Part shown: piece by piece, positions 15,156 to 27,975 of the stretch
How the letters are laid out: each line of letters starts with the position of its first letter
Numbering within the stretch: position 1 is the first letter of the stretch
Source: the human T2T-CHM13v2.0 reference genome, Homo sapiens
Length of the DNA stretch: 64,000 bases
Assembly: GCF_009914755.1 (NCBI RefSeq)
Contig: NC_060929.1
Reading direction: 5' to 3' (one strand)
Notes under the pieces: generated by a model
What the model was told of the DNA's origin: nothing
What the model saw: only the letters and a program-made list of their open reading frames with translations
Database searches by the model: none
Translations under genes and position numbers: made by a program

Positions 15156-15389
15156 CCATGTGTAAAAGGGGAGTAATAATAAATTATGATGTAGCGACTA
15201 AGACCACCAACACTGTAACCTGATTCTAAAGCTACACAATGCAGCCATATGGTCCGAGTTCAAATTCTGGCTCCACCATATCCCAACTGTATGATCTTGG
15301 GCAGGTTAATTTATCTCTCTGTCTTGGTTTTATCTTCTGCAAAATTATGTTAAGAATGAGAAGACATTAGATTCTTGAGGTTTAATATG

Positions 15390-15757
15390 TGATATGGTTT
15401 GGCTCTGTGTCCTGACCCAAATCTCATTTGGAATTGTAAACCACAGGTGTCAAGGAAGGGAGCTGTTGAGAGGTGACTGGGTCACAAGAATGATTTTCTC
15501 CATGCTGTTCTCATGATAGTGAGTGAGTTCTCATGAGAGCTGATGGTTTTAAGTGTTTGGCAGTTCCCTCTTCATGTTCTCTCTCTCTCCTGCTGCCGTG
15601 TAAGACGTGCCTTGCTTCCCATTCACCTTCCACCGTGATTTTAGGTTTCCTGAGGCCTCCCAGCCATGTGGAACTGTGAGTCAAGTAAACCTCTGTTCTT
15701 TATTAATTACCCAATCTCTGGTAGTATCTTTATAGCAGTGTGAGAATGGACTATACA
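15390..15757 (+). mobile_element. Solo MSTA-like LTR inserted in a MIR (MIR about 15195-15389 and 15763-15820)
   Basis: tgatatggtttgg...ggactataca. Perfect TSD ATATG. MIR core 'tgatcttgggcaggttaatttatctctctgt' lies upstream. Confidence 0.9.
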
Positions 15758-15859
15758 ATATGCTTATAAAAATGCCTAGTGTATATGAGGCATTATAAAA
15801 GTGTTAACTATTGCTACTAACCTCATCAGTAGTTGATCATAATTCACTTAAAATGTCAG

Positions 15860-16311
15860 CAACCTTCTCAACAAATCCTTCTCTCACAGTTCTTCAGGTC
15901 AGAAGTTCAACATGGGTATCACTGGGCTTAAAGCAAGTTATCAGCTAGACTTTATTAATTTCTAGAGGCTCTTGGGTAGAATTTGTTTCCTTCCCTTTTC
16001 CAGCTTTCTGGCTTCTGCCCACATTCCTTGGCTTGTGATCCCTTCTTGCAACTTCAAAGCCAGTAACTGCAGGTTGAGTCCTTCTCATGCTATCATTTCC
16101 CTTGTTTTCTACAGCCAGGAAGGTTCTCGGCTTTGAAGGAATTATGTGCTTATATTAGGACCATCAGAATAACCCAGGATGACCTCCTCCTCTCAATGTC
16201 TTTAATCTTAACCACACTTGCAAAGTCCCTTTTGCCATGTAAAGTAACATATTTACATATTCTAAGGATAAGAGCATGGACATCTTTGAGGGCTATTATT
16301 CTGCCTATCAC
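15860..16311 (-). mobile_element. MLT1-family MaLR LTR (subfamily uncertain)
   Basis: tctcacagttc...cagaagttcaa, cttgcaaagtcccttttgccatgtaa, ...attctgcctatcac. Confidence 0.75.
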
Positions 16312-17095
16312 TTCTTCCCATTCCATACAAATATAGACACACCCACACTTTATGTATGTAATAATTTTACCACACCTTTCTCTTTCATTTCAATAAAACA
16401 ATTTCATAATGCCACCATTTTAGCTATAATAGGGATAAAGTACTTTATCTTAACCCATTATTTGTAAAGGAAATAGAGACTTTACTTTTAGTTTTTGCCA
16501 AAACTATTACTTCTAGGAGATTAGGGCAGTGGCTATATTTCAGAATCTCATTTCCAGGAATGTTCAGATTAAAAGAAGAGATGATCCCCATAGCCCTTTC
16601 CAAAATCAATGATGGCACTTCTTTTTTTGCCTCTTCAGGTAGGAAGTCAAGGAACTCTGTAATGAAGGACACAACAGGCTGCTGTCCATTCTTGAGTGAT
16701 GCTTAGTCCAAATATCTCCCGGTTATTTGATGCAGGAAATTCCCATGGTAACATAATCCTCATTCTTAAAGAAAAGGAATATTTTAAGAAATAAATATGG
16801 TTTTGCAATGATTATAACAGTTATTTATACTCTGACTCAATTGCTATTAGCGAATATGAAAATAGAAGGTGAGGGGATGGAAAATGATCTGGAAACATTA
16901 TAAAGAAAGAAGCACTATAGAGGGAGTAGCTGGAGGTGCAGGGTGCCTTAGATCTACTGAAGGTCACTTAGAAATTTGAGAAACAGAATGGAAGGAGGGG
17001 ATTTCAAGAAATGCACATCATGAATTCAGTATGTTGCCAAAGAGGAAGGTGCCAGTCATGCTAACCTTGTGCTTCACTATGTTGCCAGAGGTTCT

Positions 17096-17590
17096 GTTGT
17101 TTGGTCTTAGAAAGTGATTCCCCAAAGGCTGGCTCTTTAAACATGTAGAGGCCTTTGAAGGTGTCTCAGAACCAAGGTCCCCGTAACCTTGTCTTGTTCC
17201 CAGCCCCCTCCAGATGTAAGGAGGGATGCTCTCTGGAATTTCCTTATTTGACCAAGAAAGCTCCCCTCCAAAAGAAATGCAACTGTCTTACACTCTCTTC
17301 CTGGGGATCTTATCAAAAAGCCAGGAAAGATAAACCATCAGAGAAGAGGAGAAACTGGGAGTTGTTGCCATGCTCAGACAGACTTTTCATCTATTCTTCT
17401 GAGGGAAGTTCCAAGAGATTCCCTAGGGAACTTTATCTGTATCATATAACAACATTTTCCCTATGCAGCTCCACCCCTCACCTTCCCTTAATGTCTGCAT
17501 CCCAGGTCCTTACATCTCTACCCTATGAGTAGAGTATTTAAGCATCAACCATCTGGTCCCTATTTGAATTCATATTTTGAACTCAAAACT
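17096..17590 (+). mobile_element. ERV1 (MER39/MER4-group-like) solo LTR, partial
   Basis: tgttg...agaaagtgattccccaaa start and 'cagacttttcatctattcttctgaggg' resemble MER39-type LTRs from memory. Confidence 0.5.
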
Positions 17591-17716
17591 TGGCATGAAG
17601 CTATATGAGCATCAGTAAAAGCAACAAATATTTACTGACCACCAGCTCTGTACTAAATACCAGGCTAGACTTAGGCCAGTCACTCTGCCATTTTGATACC
17701 ATTTCATGGAGGGAGT

Positions 17717-17831
17717 AAGAAGGGAAGGAAGGAAGGGAGGGAGAGAGAAGAGAAGAGAAGAGAAGGAAGGAAAAGAAAGAAAGAAAGAAAGAGAAAGAAA
17801 AAAGAAGAAAAAAGAAAAAGAAAGAAAGAAA

Positions 17832-17901
<70 letters not shown>

Positions 17902-17930
17902 GAAGGAGGGAAGGAAGGAAGGAAGAAAAA
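17717..17930. repeat. 214-bp pure purine tract with (GAAA)16 core at 17836-17899 and GGAA-rich flanks
   Basis: Directly visible: no C or T on the + strand across the interval. Confidence 0.97.
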
Positions 17931-18178
17931 CTATAGATATAAAGTCTAAAATACATAATTATTTTTTCCTTAAAGCAAATCTGTATTTGTGTATATAAAA
18001 GTTTAGTGAAATATCTATAGGCAGAAAAGTGATCTCACTTTCAAGTACAGTTTTGTGTTATTTAATAGCCCCCCTTACTACTTAGAAATTTAGTAATTTT
18101 AGCAGTAGATACTCTTCTGGTATTAGAAATCCTTCTACACAAGTATCATGGGGCACATGCAATATGATCAACTTTATG

Positions 18179-18233
18179 GCACACACCTGACTCACACACA
18201 CAAATGCACACACACGCATACAAACACACACAC
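18179..18233. repeat. Imperfect (CA)n
   Basis: Interrupted CA dinucleotide run. Confidence 0.8.
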
Positions 18234-20090
18234 GACTAAATCATTTAGGGTGTATGGCAAATATGAAGCAGTAGAAAAAGTACTGAATGGAGAATCACAT
18301 TACCAATTTATTGCCTTCTTAGCCAACAAATTTTTGTATGTCCCTGGACCAGTCACTCAGTCTCTTTGAACTTCAATTTCTTCATCAATGAAACTGGGGA
18401 CAGGAATAAATTATTCTTAATTCTAAAACTAGATTCATTTCATGCCAAACCCAATTTGTAAACAGAATTAATTTTCCAAAGCAAACAGCAACAAGCTCCC
18501 AAGGTAAACATTATTAACTCTAACTAAACATGAACAAGTAATAAAAAAGTAATAGATAATGATAAAATAATAAACTCACATTGCATCTATACCATATTTC
18601 AGGCTATCCTGCTACCTCCAACCTACCCCCAAAAGTGTAATGACAAGCAACGTTTACAAATAAGACTAAGACATCCATTATTTTCTCTCACTATGGTACC
18701 CATTGCCCACCTCAGAGACCTCAATCTCCATCTCATGTTACATTCTCACAAAATGTATGAATTAAAGGTTTCTGAGATTATCGGGGGACTTATCCCAGTT
18801 GTGTTCATGCTAAACCCTACCTAAGTCTACCACCTCTTAAAAAGATAAATGTTGCCACCCCAACACACCACGATTACCTCTTCTCCCTCACAATTATTTT
18901 TTTGCTGCATATTCTTGGAGCCTTCTTCAGTGACACATGAGACTCTAAAAAAACAGGTCATTTTTCCTTTAGAATACAGACTCATAGTTTCATCATTTTG
19001 TAGCACTCTGTAGTGTTTCAGTAAAGGCTGACTCTTACTACCCGAGTTAAAATAAGAAATTCACTGACCAAATTCCATTGGTAAGAGCAAAGCAAATCTA
19101 TCAATTTTTCTAACCTTATGGGATTTGGCTGCCATACCCTAAGTCTCACCAAGTCTGCCTTTACTAAGTTATAATTCATATTTTTCAAAATGACACAACA
19201 TTTAACTAGATTCACATTATTATTTTCATAGTCTTCGCATAGATCCCTTAACATGTGCCTTTTGAATCAGCTTCAATATAATGTAATAACTAAATGTAAA
19301 ACTCAGTTCTTTTATACTTCAGTTTCTTCCTTTTAAGAGATAAGAATTGCAGTCCAAAATGAACAGTTTCTCCCTTTAAAAAGGTATCTAATAACAAGAG
19401 CTGCTTTCTTAGATGTCTCAACACTGGGAGAGTAAAGTACCTGCTTCCTAGCAAGAAGACTGGCAGACACATCTGAGTGATTTGCACAAATGTAGGATGT
19501 GAGATTCCAGGAAGACAAATGGAAATGAGGCAAGTGCTGCCATGAGAATGTCTCCTGTGGAGAAACAGGAATTGTGCCTAGTCAAAAGCTGTGATACTTT
19601 TGCCATGTGAGATTGGTTAAACTATTAAAGTTGGGGAGGGGTGGAATGTATTCAGGGAAAAAAGAAAAAAAAAGCGCTATCCAGAAGCAGAAGCAGTATT
19701 GTCCCTAGGAACAGACCAAAAAAAAAAAAAAAAAAAAAAAAAAAGCCTCCTGGCAAGGCAAGCCAGCTGAAGGCTCAGCTGTGTTTGTACTAACAGCCTT
19801 TCTGCTGATCTGACCTCTCCAGAGACCAGAAGGCTATAGGCTCCCCTCACAGTGGTTATCATCTTGTTTTCAAAAACTACAGACTGTATTGCATCCAAAC
19901 CACAGGTTCTTCTGAGTTGGAGATCAGTATATTAGGTTAAAGCTGAAATCAGGGAAATATTTTAGCTCATATACCTCTGCAATTCATTCCCTAGGGAAGG
20001 ATGAAGAAAAAGAGCTGAAGATATATCACTAAATAAATGTTAACTAGGTCAGAATTCACTATAGAAGTTTTTCAAAATTCTTGGGCTTAC

Positions 20091-20494
20091 TGTTTTAGTC
20101 TATTTTCTGTTGCTTATAACAGAAAACCTGAAACTGGGTAATTTAAAAGAAAAGGAATTTATTTCTTACAGTTATGGGGGCTGAGAAGTCCAAAATCAGG
20201 GGACTGAATCTGATAAGAGCCTTCTTCCTGGTGTGAACTCTCTGGAGGGTCCCAGGTGGCACAGGGTATTGCTTGGTAGGGGACTGAGCATACTAGTATA
20301 CCAGCTCAGATCTCTCTTCTTTTTCTTATGAAACCACCAGTTATCTTCCCATGATAACCCATTAATCCATTTATTCATGATTAATGCATTCATGAGAGCA
20401 GAGTCCTGTTAAAACCCCTGGCTCTCAATATTACCACATTGAGGTTTAAGTTTCAGCATGACTTTTGGAGGGGACAAATATTTGAATCATAGTT
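20091..20494 (-). mobile_element. Solo old MST LTR (MSTC/MSTD-like)
   Basis: tgttttagtc...cttacagttatgggggctgagaagtccaa...ggagggacaaata. TSD CTTAC/TTTAC. Confidence 0.8.
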
Positions 20495-22799
20495 TTTACT
20501 ATGAGAGCTTTAACTGAGCTCTGCCAAATTTCCACAAAAGGAAGCTGCTTCATTACTCTTTCATAGGAAGAAAAAAATCCCTAGAGTAGATTCTACAAAG
20601 ACACATGACCTTATTCAAGGCACACATTTCAATACATACATCATCGTTTGACTGTAAGTCTTGCTAACTCCTGGTGAAATGCAAAAGCATTTCAGAGCAG
20701 TAGCAAAAGCCCTTAAAATGTTACCTAAGTACTGGTTGAGTAGATTAAATAGCACCAACCACAGAAATTAAAATAAAAGTTTGGATATTTCTATCCTGAA
20801 GGGATATAGTAAAGAATTAGGAGACAGCTAGACAAACACTCTAAAGTCTGGAATCTAATCTCCGTGTCTTTGATCCTCTGAACATTCTATCTAATGCTCT
20901 CCATCAGAACATTACACAATCTTGTCCTGCCTTCACAATCAAATTTTTAAAGCAATAATTTACTCTGGCTGGATTTCTAAACATTTCTATATATGTGCTG
21001 TTTATTCTTCAACACACTTTAACATTTTTTCCACCCTGACCCGTTCACTAAGACTCTTCTTACGGATATCAAAATACTTCCAGTGGTTAAATTCACATCT
21101 TATAATATTTCCCACAACCATTTGCTCATTTTCCCTTTAAGAAACCCTCTGCTATCAGGGCTTCCACAACCCAAATAACTCCTATATTTCCCTCACTTCC
21201 TTAAAATCTCTTTTTCAGAATTATTTGGGAGCACATTTCTTCTGCCCGCTCCTTAAATGTTGGAGTTCCCCAGAAGCTCATCTGTCTGCATGACTTCAAA
21301 TCCCAAAGCATTTGTTTTCGGCCTACATTTCTCTCTTCAGAAAGTACATCCAATTTCTTCTGAAAAACTCTGCTTATAAATTCCATGAATATCACAGCAG
21401 TTATCACAATACCCAACATTCAATAGAAATTCAAAAAAATTGTATGAGTAACTGAGTAAACACATAGATGACTCTCTTTTCCTCTTATATGAATGAGTTG
21501 ACTATTTTCTGAAGTCTCATGTGGTCATTGTTTACTGTTTGGGTACCTATATTTATCTATCTCCCCTGCAGGATTTTTTAGGACAAGGACTGCTGTCTTC
21601 ATATACCCTATGGCTATGGCAGTGCCTTGTACAGTGTTAGCTTCTCATCAAATGTTTCTTACTAAATATGAATGGATAAACATATTACATATGTGGATTT
21701 AAAAAATAAAATTCATATTTTAAAGAGCCATTTAAAATAAATTAAAAATTAAAATAAGATCTAGAAAGCCTAATCTTGCCTAACACCCTCCTTTTATAGA
21801 AATGATAAACCAACTTACTTACAGAGCTAGGTAGTAGCTATTGTTACTGGAACCCAGGTCTTTCACCTCTGAAGCTTCTGATATTTTGTATATAATAGTT
21901 ACATTCACTTAATTAGCAAAACAATGATCAATCATAAATATTAAATTTTTCCTTTTGAGTGTCCTCTCCACAGATTCCCTGGGTCTTTCTAATTCTCTTA
22001 AATCAAGTTACAGTAAAAAATTATGGAGTCCCTACTATCTACTGGGCACCCATATACATTAGGTCTTTTGACTCTCATACCAACCCCACAATATAGTTAC
22101 TTTTATTTCCATTTTACAGATAAGGAAGTACGTTGCCTATGGTCACAGAGTCTAAAAGTTGCAGAGCAGAACAAATACATGCAAATCCTGTCCTGTTGAT
22201 AGTATACTCTGCTGTATCACCTAGATACAGTACTGCGGTACATTCTTACCCAAGCCATAATCCTCGTGGGCTCTTGGAAGATATGTGTGTCTTTCTGTTT
22301 TTGAACAGTTGACCCCACTAAGAAAGTAAGGAACACTATATTCCTTTTATTGCCCACAGTCAGACCTAACAGCAGGTAAGAAGTGTGGGTTTTTCCTAAA
22401 AGTTCAATCAAGATTTCATGAAAATGTTTAACTTTTCACAGCAAGATGTAAACTCTTTTAAACATCCCATAAGATGTATAATACAGCAGCAATTTGTTTA
22501 GTGAGTATGAGATATAATGTGAAATTAATATTGTTCTAACACTCTCCAAAGAACACATCTGACAAGCGGGAGACATTCCAAGATCCCTGTCTAACTGTCG
22601 CCTTTCATTGGTGCTAGGATGTTTCCCTTTTTTTAGTTTAATGTCCTCAAAATTCTCAAAAGCCTTTCCTTAACATAGTTGTACATCAAAGTTTTCATAC
22701 ATGAGAAAATAATTTACTTTCAGAAAATTATAACTTTCCATGTGTCAGCTCTTATTTTAGAAGCTGAAGCCCATATAGCTCATAGTTGAGTGCAATTAT

Positions 22800-22984
22800 T
22801 GTTTGTGGGAAAGAAAGCCAATTAACCTTTCTAGGAAATAATATCACAATTAAATCTTCAATATGCTGCACTGTAAATACTTCCCAACAATGGACTTTCC
22901 TTTTGAGTTGTTATAAAATATTTAGCTAGAAATTGATGCAGCAAATTCTCAGCAAGGTTGAAATTCAAAACAAGCTACTTTCTT
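22800..22984 (+). repeat. Copy 1 (probable donor) of a 185-bp local direct duplication
   Basis: Gapless alignment to 24310-24494 with 15 mismatches by hand count (about 92% identity). Confidence 0.95.
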
Positions 22985-23427
22985 CCTTATTTCAATAAAG
23001 AAAAAGTTTTAAACGCATTTACTTATTTTAAATGAGCTCATTCTTAAAAGAACAAGGAAAAAAGGAAATATGGCCATTCCAATGCAATAAAAAGTGAAGG
23101 TGATATACAGTAATAATGGTGAATGCTGAACCCTACAGAAACCATTGTCATTACATAAACCATTGTCACTACCATTATATAAAAGAATATAATGAATTAC
23201 CCATATTTTCTGTATTTTTTTTTACTAAATTATGGATTCCATAGTGATTTCCATCTTTGCATTAATAGTCTGAAGTTATTAATTTCCCCATAGAACCATA
23301 CTTCCCATATATGCAAGTAAATTTGAAAATCAGCAGAAATATCAAGTAAATTGGAAAACAATCAACTTCACAGTATTCTCTGGAATCAGTAGAAAACAGA
23401 CTCTTTTTTGTTTCATTTCCTTTTTAG

Positions 23428-23705
23428 ACAGGCAATGTAGTGTGCTGGAAAGAGAGTGGGTTTAGAAATGGATAGATTCAGATTTGAATCTAGGCTCTGC
23501 CAGCTGATGAGTATGACCTTGGACAAGGTCATACATTTTGCTAAATGATTTAATTCAGGCAAGGTATGCAAACTTTTATAAACTTTGAGTTTTTCATGTA
23601 TTAATGGAGCTAATTATAGCTATACCTATGGATAATGTGGAGATTACAGTCGATCAATTGTATAAAGCACCTGGTACACAATTGATGTTCAGTAATTATT
23701 GCTTC
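23428..23705 (+). mobile_element. MIR
   Basis: ggcaatgtagtgtg...tttgaatctaggctctgcca...tgaccttggacaag...taaagcacctggtacac. Confidence 0.75.
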
Positions 23706-24204
23706 TTTTTCCTCATTTCTGTTTAAATCCCTATGGACAGAAAATTATTTAAAGACCAAAATCAGTGATTCTTCACCATATATCACCTTTGTGAGTTCCT
23801 CCCTTTTATGGAAAAAAATTGCATTTTGCATAAACGTACCACAAAAAGACTAGAGAGATTGTGAGTTCTAATCATGTAGTCTCATATAAAAGTTATGATA
23901 CTAGAGAGATGTAGGCTTTATCTTCTTTAGTGGGGGGAATTGCAAAAAGAAAAATAAAAGGAAACATTTTGAAGTTTAAATCTCAAAATATCAAAAAAAA
24001 AAAACATTATATGGACATCAAGGTTGTTTATATGTGAATTCATGGTGAAGCATGTTGCCTTCTGAGGAAGGTTCTTCCTCTAGGACCTTCTGTGTTTCCA
24101 ACAAGCAAGTCCCTAGGTAATACTGTTTTATATATATACCCTTAAAAGGATTTAGCATATGATCTCTTTATCACATCCAAACTTAACGGAAGAAATCTAG
24201 TAAC

Positions 24205-25350
24205 CACCTACAGACTAAAAAAAAGATCTTAAAGATCATCTATCTACTCCAGTCTCCCACAGATTGCCACCAAGCCCGAGCTTGAAGACAAGCTTCACAA
24301 GCTTATTGCTGTTTGTAGGAAAGAAAGCCAATTAACCTTTCTAGGAAATTATATTACAATTAAATCTTCAATATGTTGAGTAGTAAATACTTCCCAGCAA
24401 TGGACTTTCCTTTTGAGTTGTTATAAAATCTCTAGCTGCAAATTGACGCAGCAAATTCTCAGCAAGGTTGAAATTCACAACAAGCTACTTTCTTTTCAAA
24501 AGAAATTCAAAGCAAGCTACTCTAGCGTTTCAGGTGGGCCAGTTCTTTATGAGTTCTAAATACTACGTTCTTCTTTTTGTTGAACTGAAATCTGTCTTAC
24601 AACTATTTTTTTTTCCAATAGATTCCAGATCCTTCCCATTGAGCAACAGAATACAGGGGCTCCCTCTTCTATGCTGTAGTAGCTATCCATTCTCTTTCTT
24701 TTCCTCAGAACCCAGCACCCAAGTTTTTCTCTGGAATATTACCCCTCATCAAATTGTAGTACATTTGGGTCTGGTATTGTTGATTGCTACTATCTCCAGG
24801 GGTGGGCCTATGATTCAAACATGAACACATAGCACTCCCAAGACCGTAGTTATTATTTCAGGAAAGAGCACAAAGCCTAATTCAGGCCAGCAATTTTACT
24901 TTGAATTGTTGAGCAAGAGAAACACTCATTGTTTCAGTGATCTTGGAGGTAGAGATCCTCTGACCACCATCTTGCCCATGGGAAGCAAGAGTCTCTCTGG
25001 AAATGGAGCCAACATACACTAAGGAAGAAGAGAAAGAAAGAGTGACTGGGTCCTGAAATATACAGCCAAATATGAAAGCAGATTACTTCCTGCACTTTTC
25101 AGTTGTATAAGTAATGCATTCTTTTATTTTCCACCTTAATTTTGCTTGGGCTGCATTTACTGTCACTTGCAGCCAAAACAATCTCGACTGAAAGCACATA
25201 TCAACGTTCTATATATATTTGAAGATGGATGCTACTTCCTCTCCAGAATTTTATATTATTTTAGACAAACATTCTCAGTTCTTTTCATTTCTGCTTATAT
25301 TAAATAAGTTTACAAAATCTCTTTCAGATTTGGTTTCTGTGTTCTTCAAT
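24205..25350 (-). mobile_element. L3/CR1 remnant, interrupted by the duplicated segment and by an MLT1-like LTR (about 24755-25197)
   Basis: CR1 3'-end phrases in reverse: 'cttaaagatcatctatct', 'gttcttctttttgttgaactgaaatctg', 'tatttgaaga...acaaacattctcagttc'. Confidence 0.55.
24310..24494 (+). repeat. Copy 2 (probable insert) of the 185-bp local direct duplication
   Basis: Offset 1510 bp from 22800-22984. Followed by a re-copied snippet gaaattcaaagcaagctact at 24502-24521. Confidence 0.95.
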
Positions 25351-25555
25351 GTCTGCTAAATTAAAAATAAAAATTTAAAAAAATTGTTGACATAAAAAGC
25401 ATATAAAATATACAAAGAAACTTTTATTCAATTTCATAAGAATAATTTTAAACACTTTAGAAATGCTGCTTCATGTCATTTAAGATAGCAACTTTAATCT
25501 TTGTTAGTTCATCAATAAATCAGGTTTCCAAATGACCTCTATGTGGTCATACTTT

Positions 25556-25868
25556 CTTTATTTCTTTCTTTATTTTTTAACTTTTAGGTTCAAGGGCACA
25601 GGTGTAGGTTTGTTATATGGGTAAACTTGTGTCACAGGGGCTTGTCGTACACATTATTTTGTCATCCTAGGTACTAGGTACTAAGCCTAGTGCTCAACAG
25701 ATATTTTTTCTGATCCTCTCCCTCCTCCCAGCCTCCAGCCTCCAGTAGGCCCCAGTGTCTATTGTTTCCTTCTTTATGTCCTTGTGTTCTCATCATTTAC
25801 CTCCCATTTATAACTGAGAACATGCGGTATTTGGTTTTCTATTCCCGCATTAGTTTGCTAAGGATAGA
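25556..25868 (-). mobile_element. 5'-truncated L1 3' end (older L1PA, e.g. L1PA13-16-like)
   Basis: Reverse L1 3'UTR (gtttgttatatgggtaaacttgtgtc; gagaacatgcggtatttggttttct). Imperfect TSD ggtcatacttt/ggtaatacttt. Confidence 0.85.
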
Positions 25869-26164
25869 GGGTAATACTTTATTAGCAACTCAAGTTATCA
25901 CATATTTTTAAATAATCCAATTACATCTTTTTTTTTAATATTTCATGGTTGTAATTATTTTTTACCAACTTAAAAGAACTATCTCCAATTAATTCAAAAC
26001 TCTAAAGTTCTCTACTTAACTAATTAAGTATACTTTACTCTGTGCAATTTGATCCTATATTTCAAGCACATAAAAAAACAGAAAAGTCATAGTCCCTTAA
26101 CTTAAGGGTCTTATACTTACTGAGTTAAAAAGTTTAAATCTCATAATCACCATTACCACCATCA

Positions 26165-26410
26165 ACCACAGGGCTACCATTCATTTACTGAGTGTTTAGA
26201 ATCTGACAGGCTTGGTGCAAAGCACTTTGCATATACGGTCTCATTTAATCCTCTTAATTTCATGACACAGTATTGTTTTCACCAATTTATAGAGAAGAAA
26301 AGTAAGGCAGAGAGTAGTAACATGTACAAAGTCATACAACTTATAGATGACAAAGTTAGTAATCAAAACTAAGTCTGTTTCTAAAGTTCATGTTCTTACC
26401 CATGTTGCAA
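26165..26410 (-). mobile_element. MIR
   Basis: atttactgagtg...tctcatttaatcctc...aatttatagagaagaaaagtaaggcagagag. Confidence 0.7.
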
Positions 26411-27747
26411 TTTTGCCTCCAATCTCTATAATACTAAGTAGGATACATGCAAGCAACCTTCTAAGGAAACTATAATGAGGGAAACAAGCACTTCTGCTTG
26501 CTAGCAAGACTTTTTAAAGGTATGATTTTATAATGAGTTTATTTCTTTCAAACTAGGAAGGTAATTGAACAGACTTAAGAAAAATCAACACATTAAACAT
26601 ATGCTTGGTATTTATGTTGAAAATACATTCCAAACCTTTATGACAACCAGGACTTTATGGAAAGTCTTTTTGTTTCTAGATTACCTAAGATGATGGGTGG
26701 GACTGTCCCTGAACAGATCGTGAAAATAATTATTTGTGCCTAGTTTCTCTTTTCCATGTTCCTTCACCTTCCAGATTAGGCATGGTATTACTTCCTCATT
26801 TCTTAATATAAATGCCTCCTTTTGTCCTTTTGTTTTTCTTCCTTAAATCTAAAGACACTCCTTTTTCAATATCTATCCTTAGAAAGAATCCTGGGGTACT
26901 ACAATCTACACTTTAGTCTGTATTTATGTCATTGTCATTATTCCCAAGACTTATAGCCTTATTTTTGGTTATGAAATAAAAGTCTTTACATTTTTTTTCA
27001 AGCATCAGTCAGTAGACCAGACTTGGTGGTGTAGAAATCGATGTTGAGGAATGCCTCCAAAGTTGCACTGCATAAACAACCAAAGTATGCACCAAACAAG
27101 TAAACTGGGTGCTGATGACAAACTACCTGCCTGCTTTCCTTCTCAGGGCTCTTCCTTCTTCGTTGGTCCCATTTTCAAAGAAGCTCTCACTTCCATTTGT
27201 GTGGACAAGATGGTGGTCAGAGGCTAATTACAGTCTTTTCTAAATCTCTTGCAATGTTATTAACAAGGAGAACAAGAATTTTGTCTCATAGCTTGCATTT
27301 TACCACCTCCCCATTGATAGAGGTGTTAATGAGCAGTGAAATGACCAAAAGGCATACAATGTGTAGATAATTCACCTGTTGAGAAAGAGATACTGAGTAA
27401 ATAGCATTTCTAATCTACAATTATTATTTTGAAAAGGAAGCAATCAGTATCTCATGATATTCATTACTGGATATCTAACAGTGAGTAGCATGCTAAAATT
27501 GGACAAAACTAAGCACACAGTTTTGGTCAGATAATTTTAAATTACATTTCTCTTTGACATCTCCTCTCCACAATTTAGACATAGATATGGCAAATTCAAA
27601 TGGAATACATTAAAAAGAGCCATATGGGGGAAGGCATGCAAGGAATGTTAATGTTTTATGGCATCTTACAATATGTCTCTGAAACTGAGTTTCAGTTTGT
27701 TCAGTTTGATATTGTACTAATATTACAAACATCGCATTTCTTTAAAA

Positions 27748-27975
27748 CAATCTTGTCCAACCCACCGCCCACAGGCCAGATGCAGCCCAGGACTTTGTGT
27801 TGGGCTTTGAATGCAGCCCAACACAAATTTGTAAACTTTCTTAAAACAGTGAGTTTTTTTTGTGATTTTTTTTTTTTTTTTAGCTCATCAGCTATCATTA
27901 GTGTATTTTATCTGTAGCCCAAGACAATTCTCCTTCCAGTGTGGCCCAGGGAAGTGAAAAGATTAGACACCCCGG
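27748..27975. mobile_element. MER30 hAT (Charlie) MITE
   Basis: cttgtccaacc...ctttgaatgcagcccaacacaaatttgtaaactttcttaaaac...gacacccc. Perfect 8-bp TSD CTTTAAAA at 27740-27747 and 27976-27983. Confidence 0.88.

Noticed and set aside
17612-17998. K/E/R-rich and F/L/S-rich ORFs
   Set aside because: Translation artefacts of the stop-free GAAA/GGAA tract.
19718-19744. Poly-A run as the tail of a processed pseudogene
   Set aside because: No upstream recognisable mRNA or SINE body, polyadenylation signal or TSD could be identified.
27004-27019. CATCAGTCA(A)GTAGACC similarity to the minus strand near 56790
   Set aside because: Only ~16 nt with a gap, and the flanks do not align. Consistent with chance.
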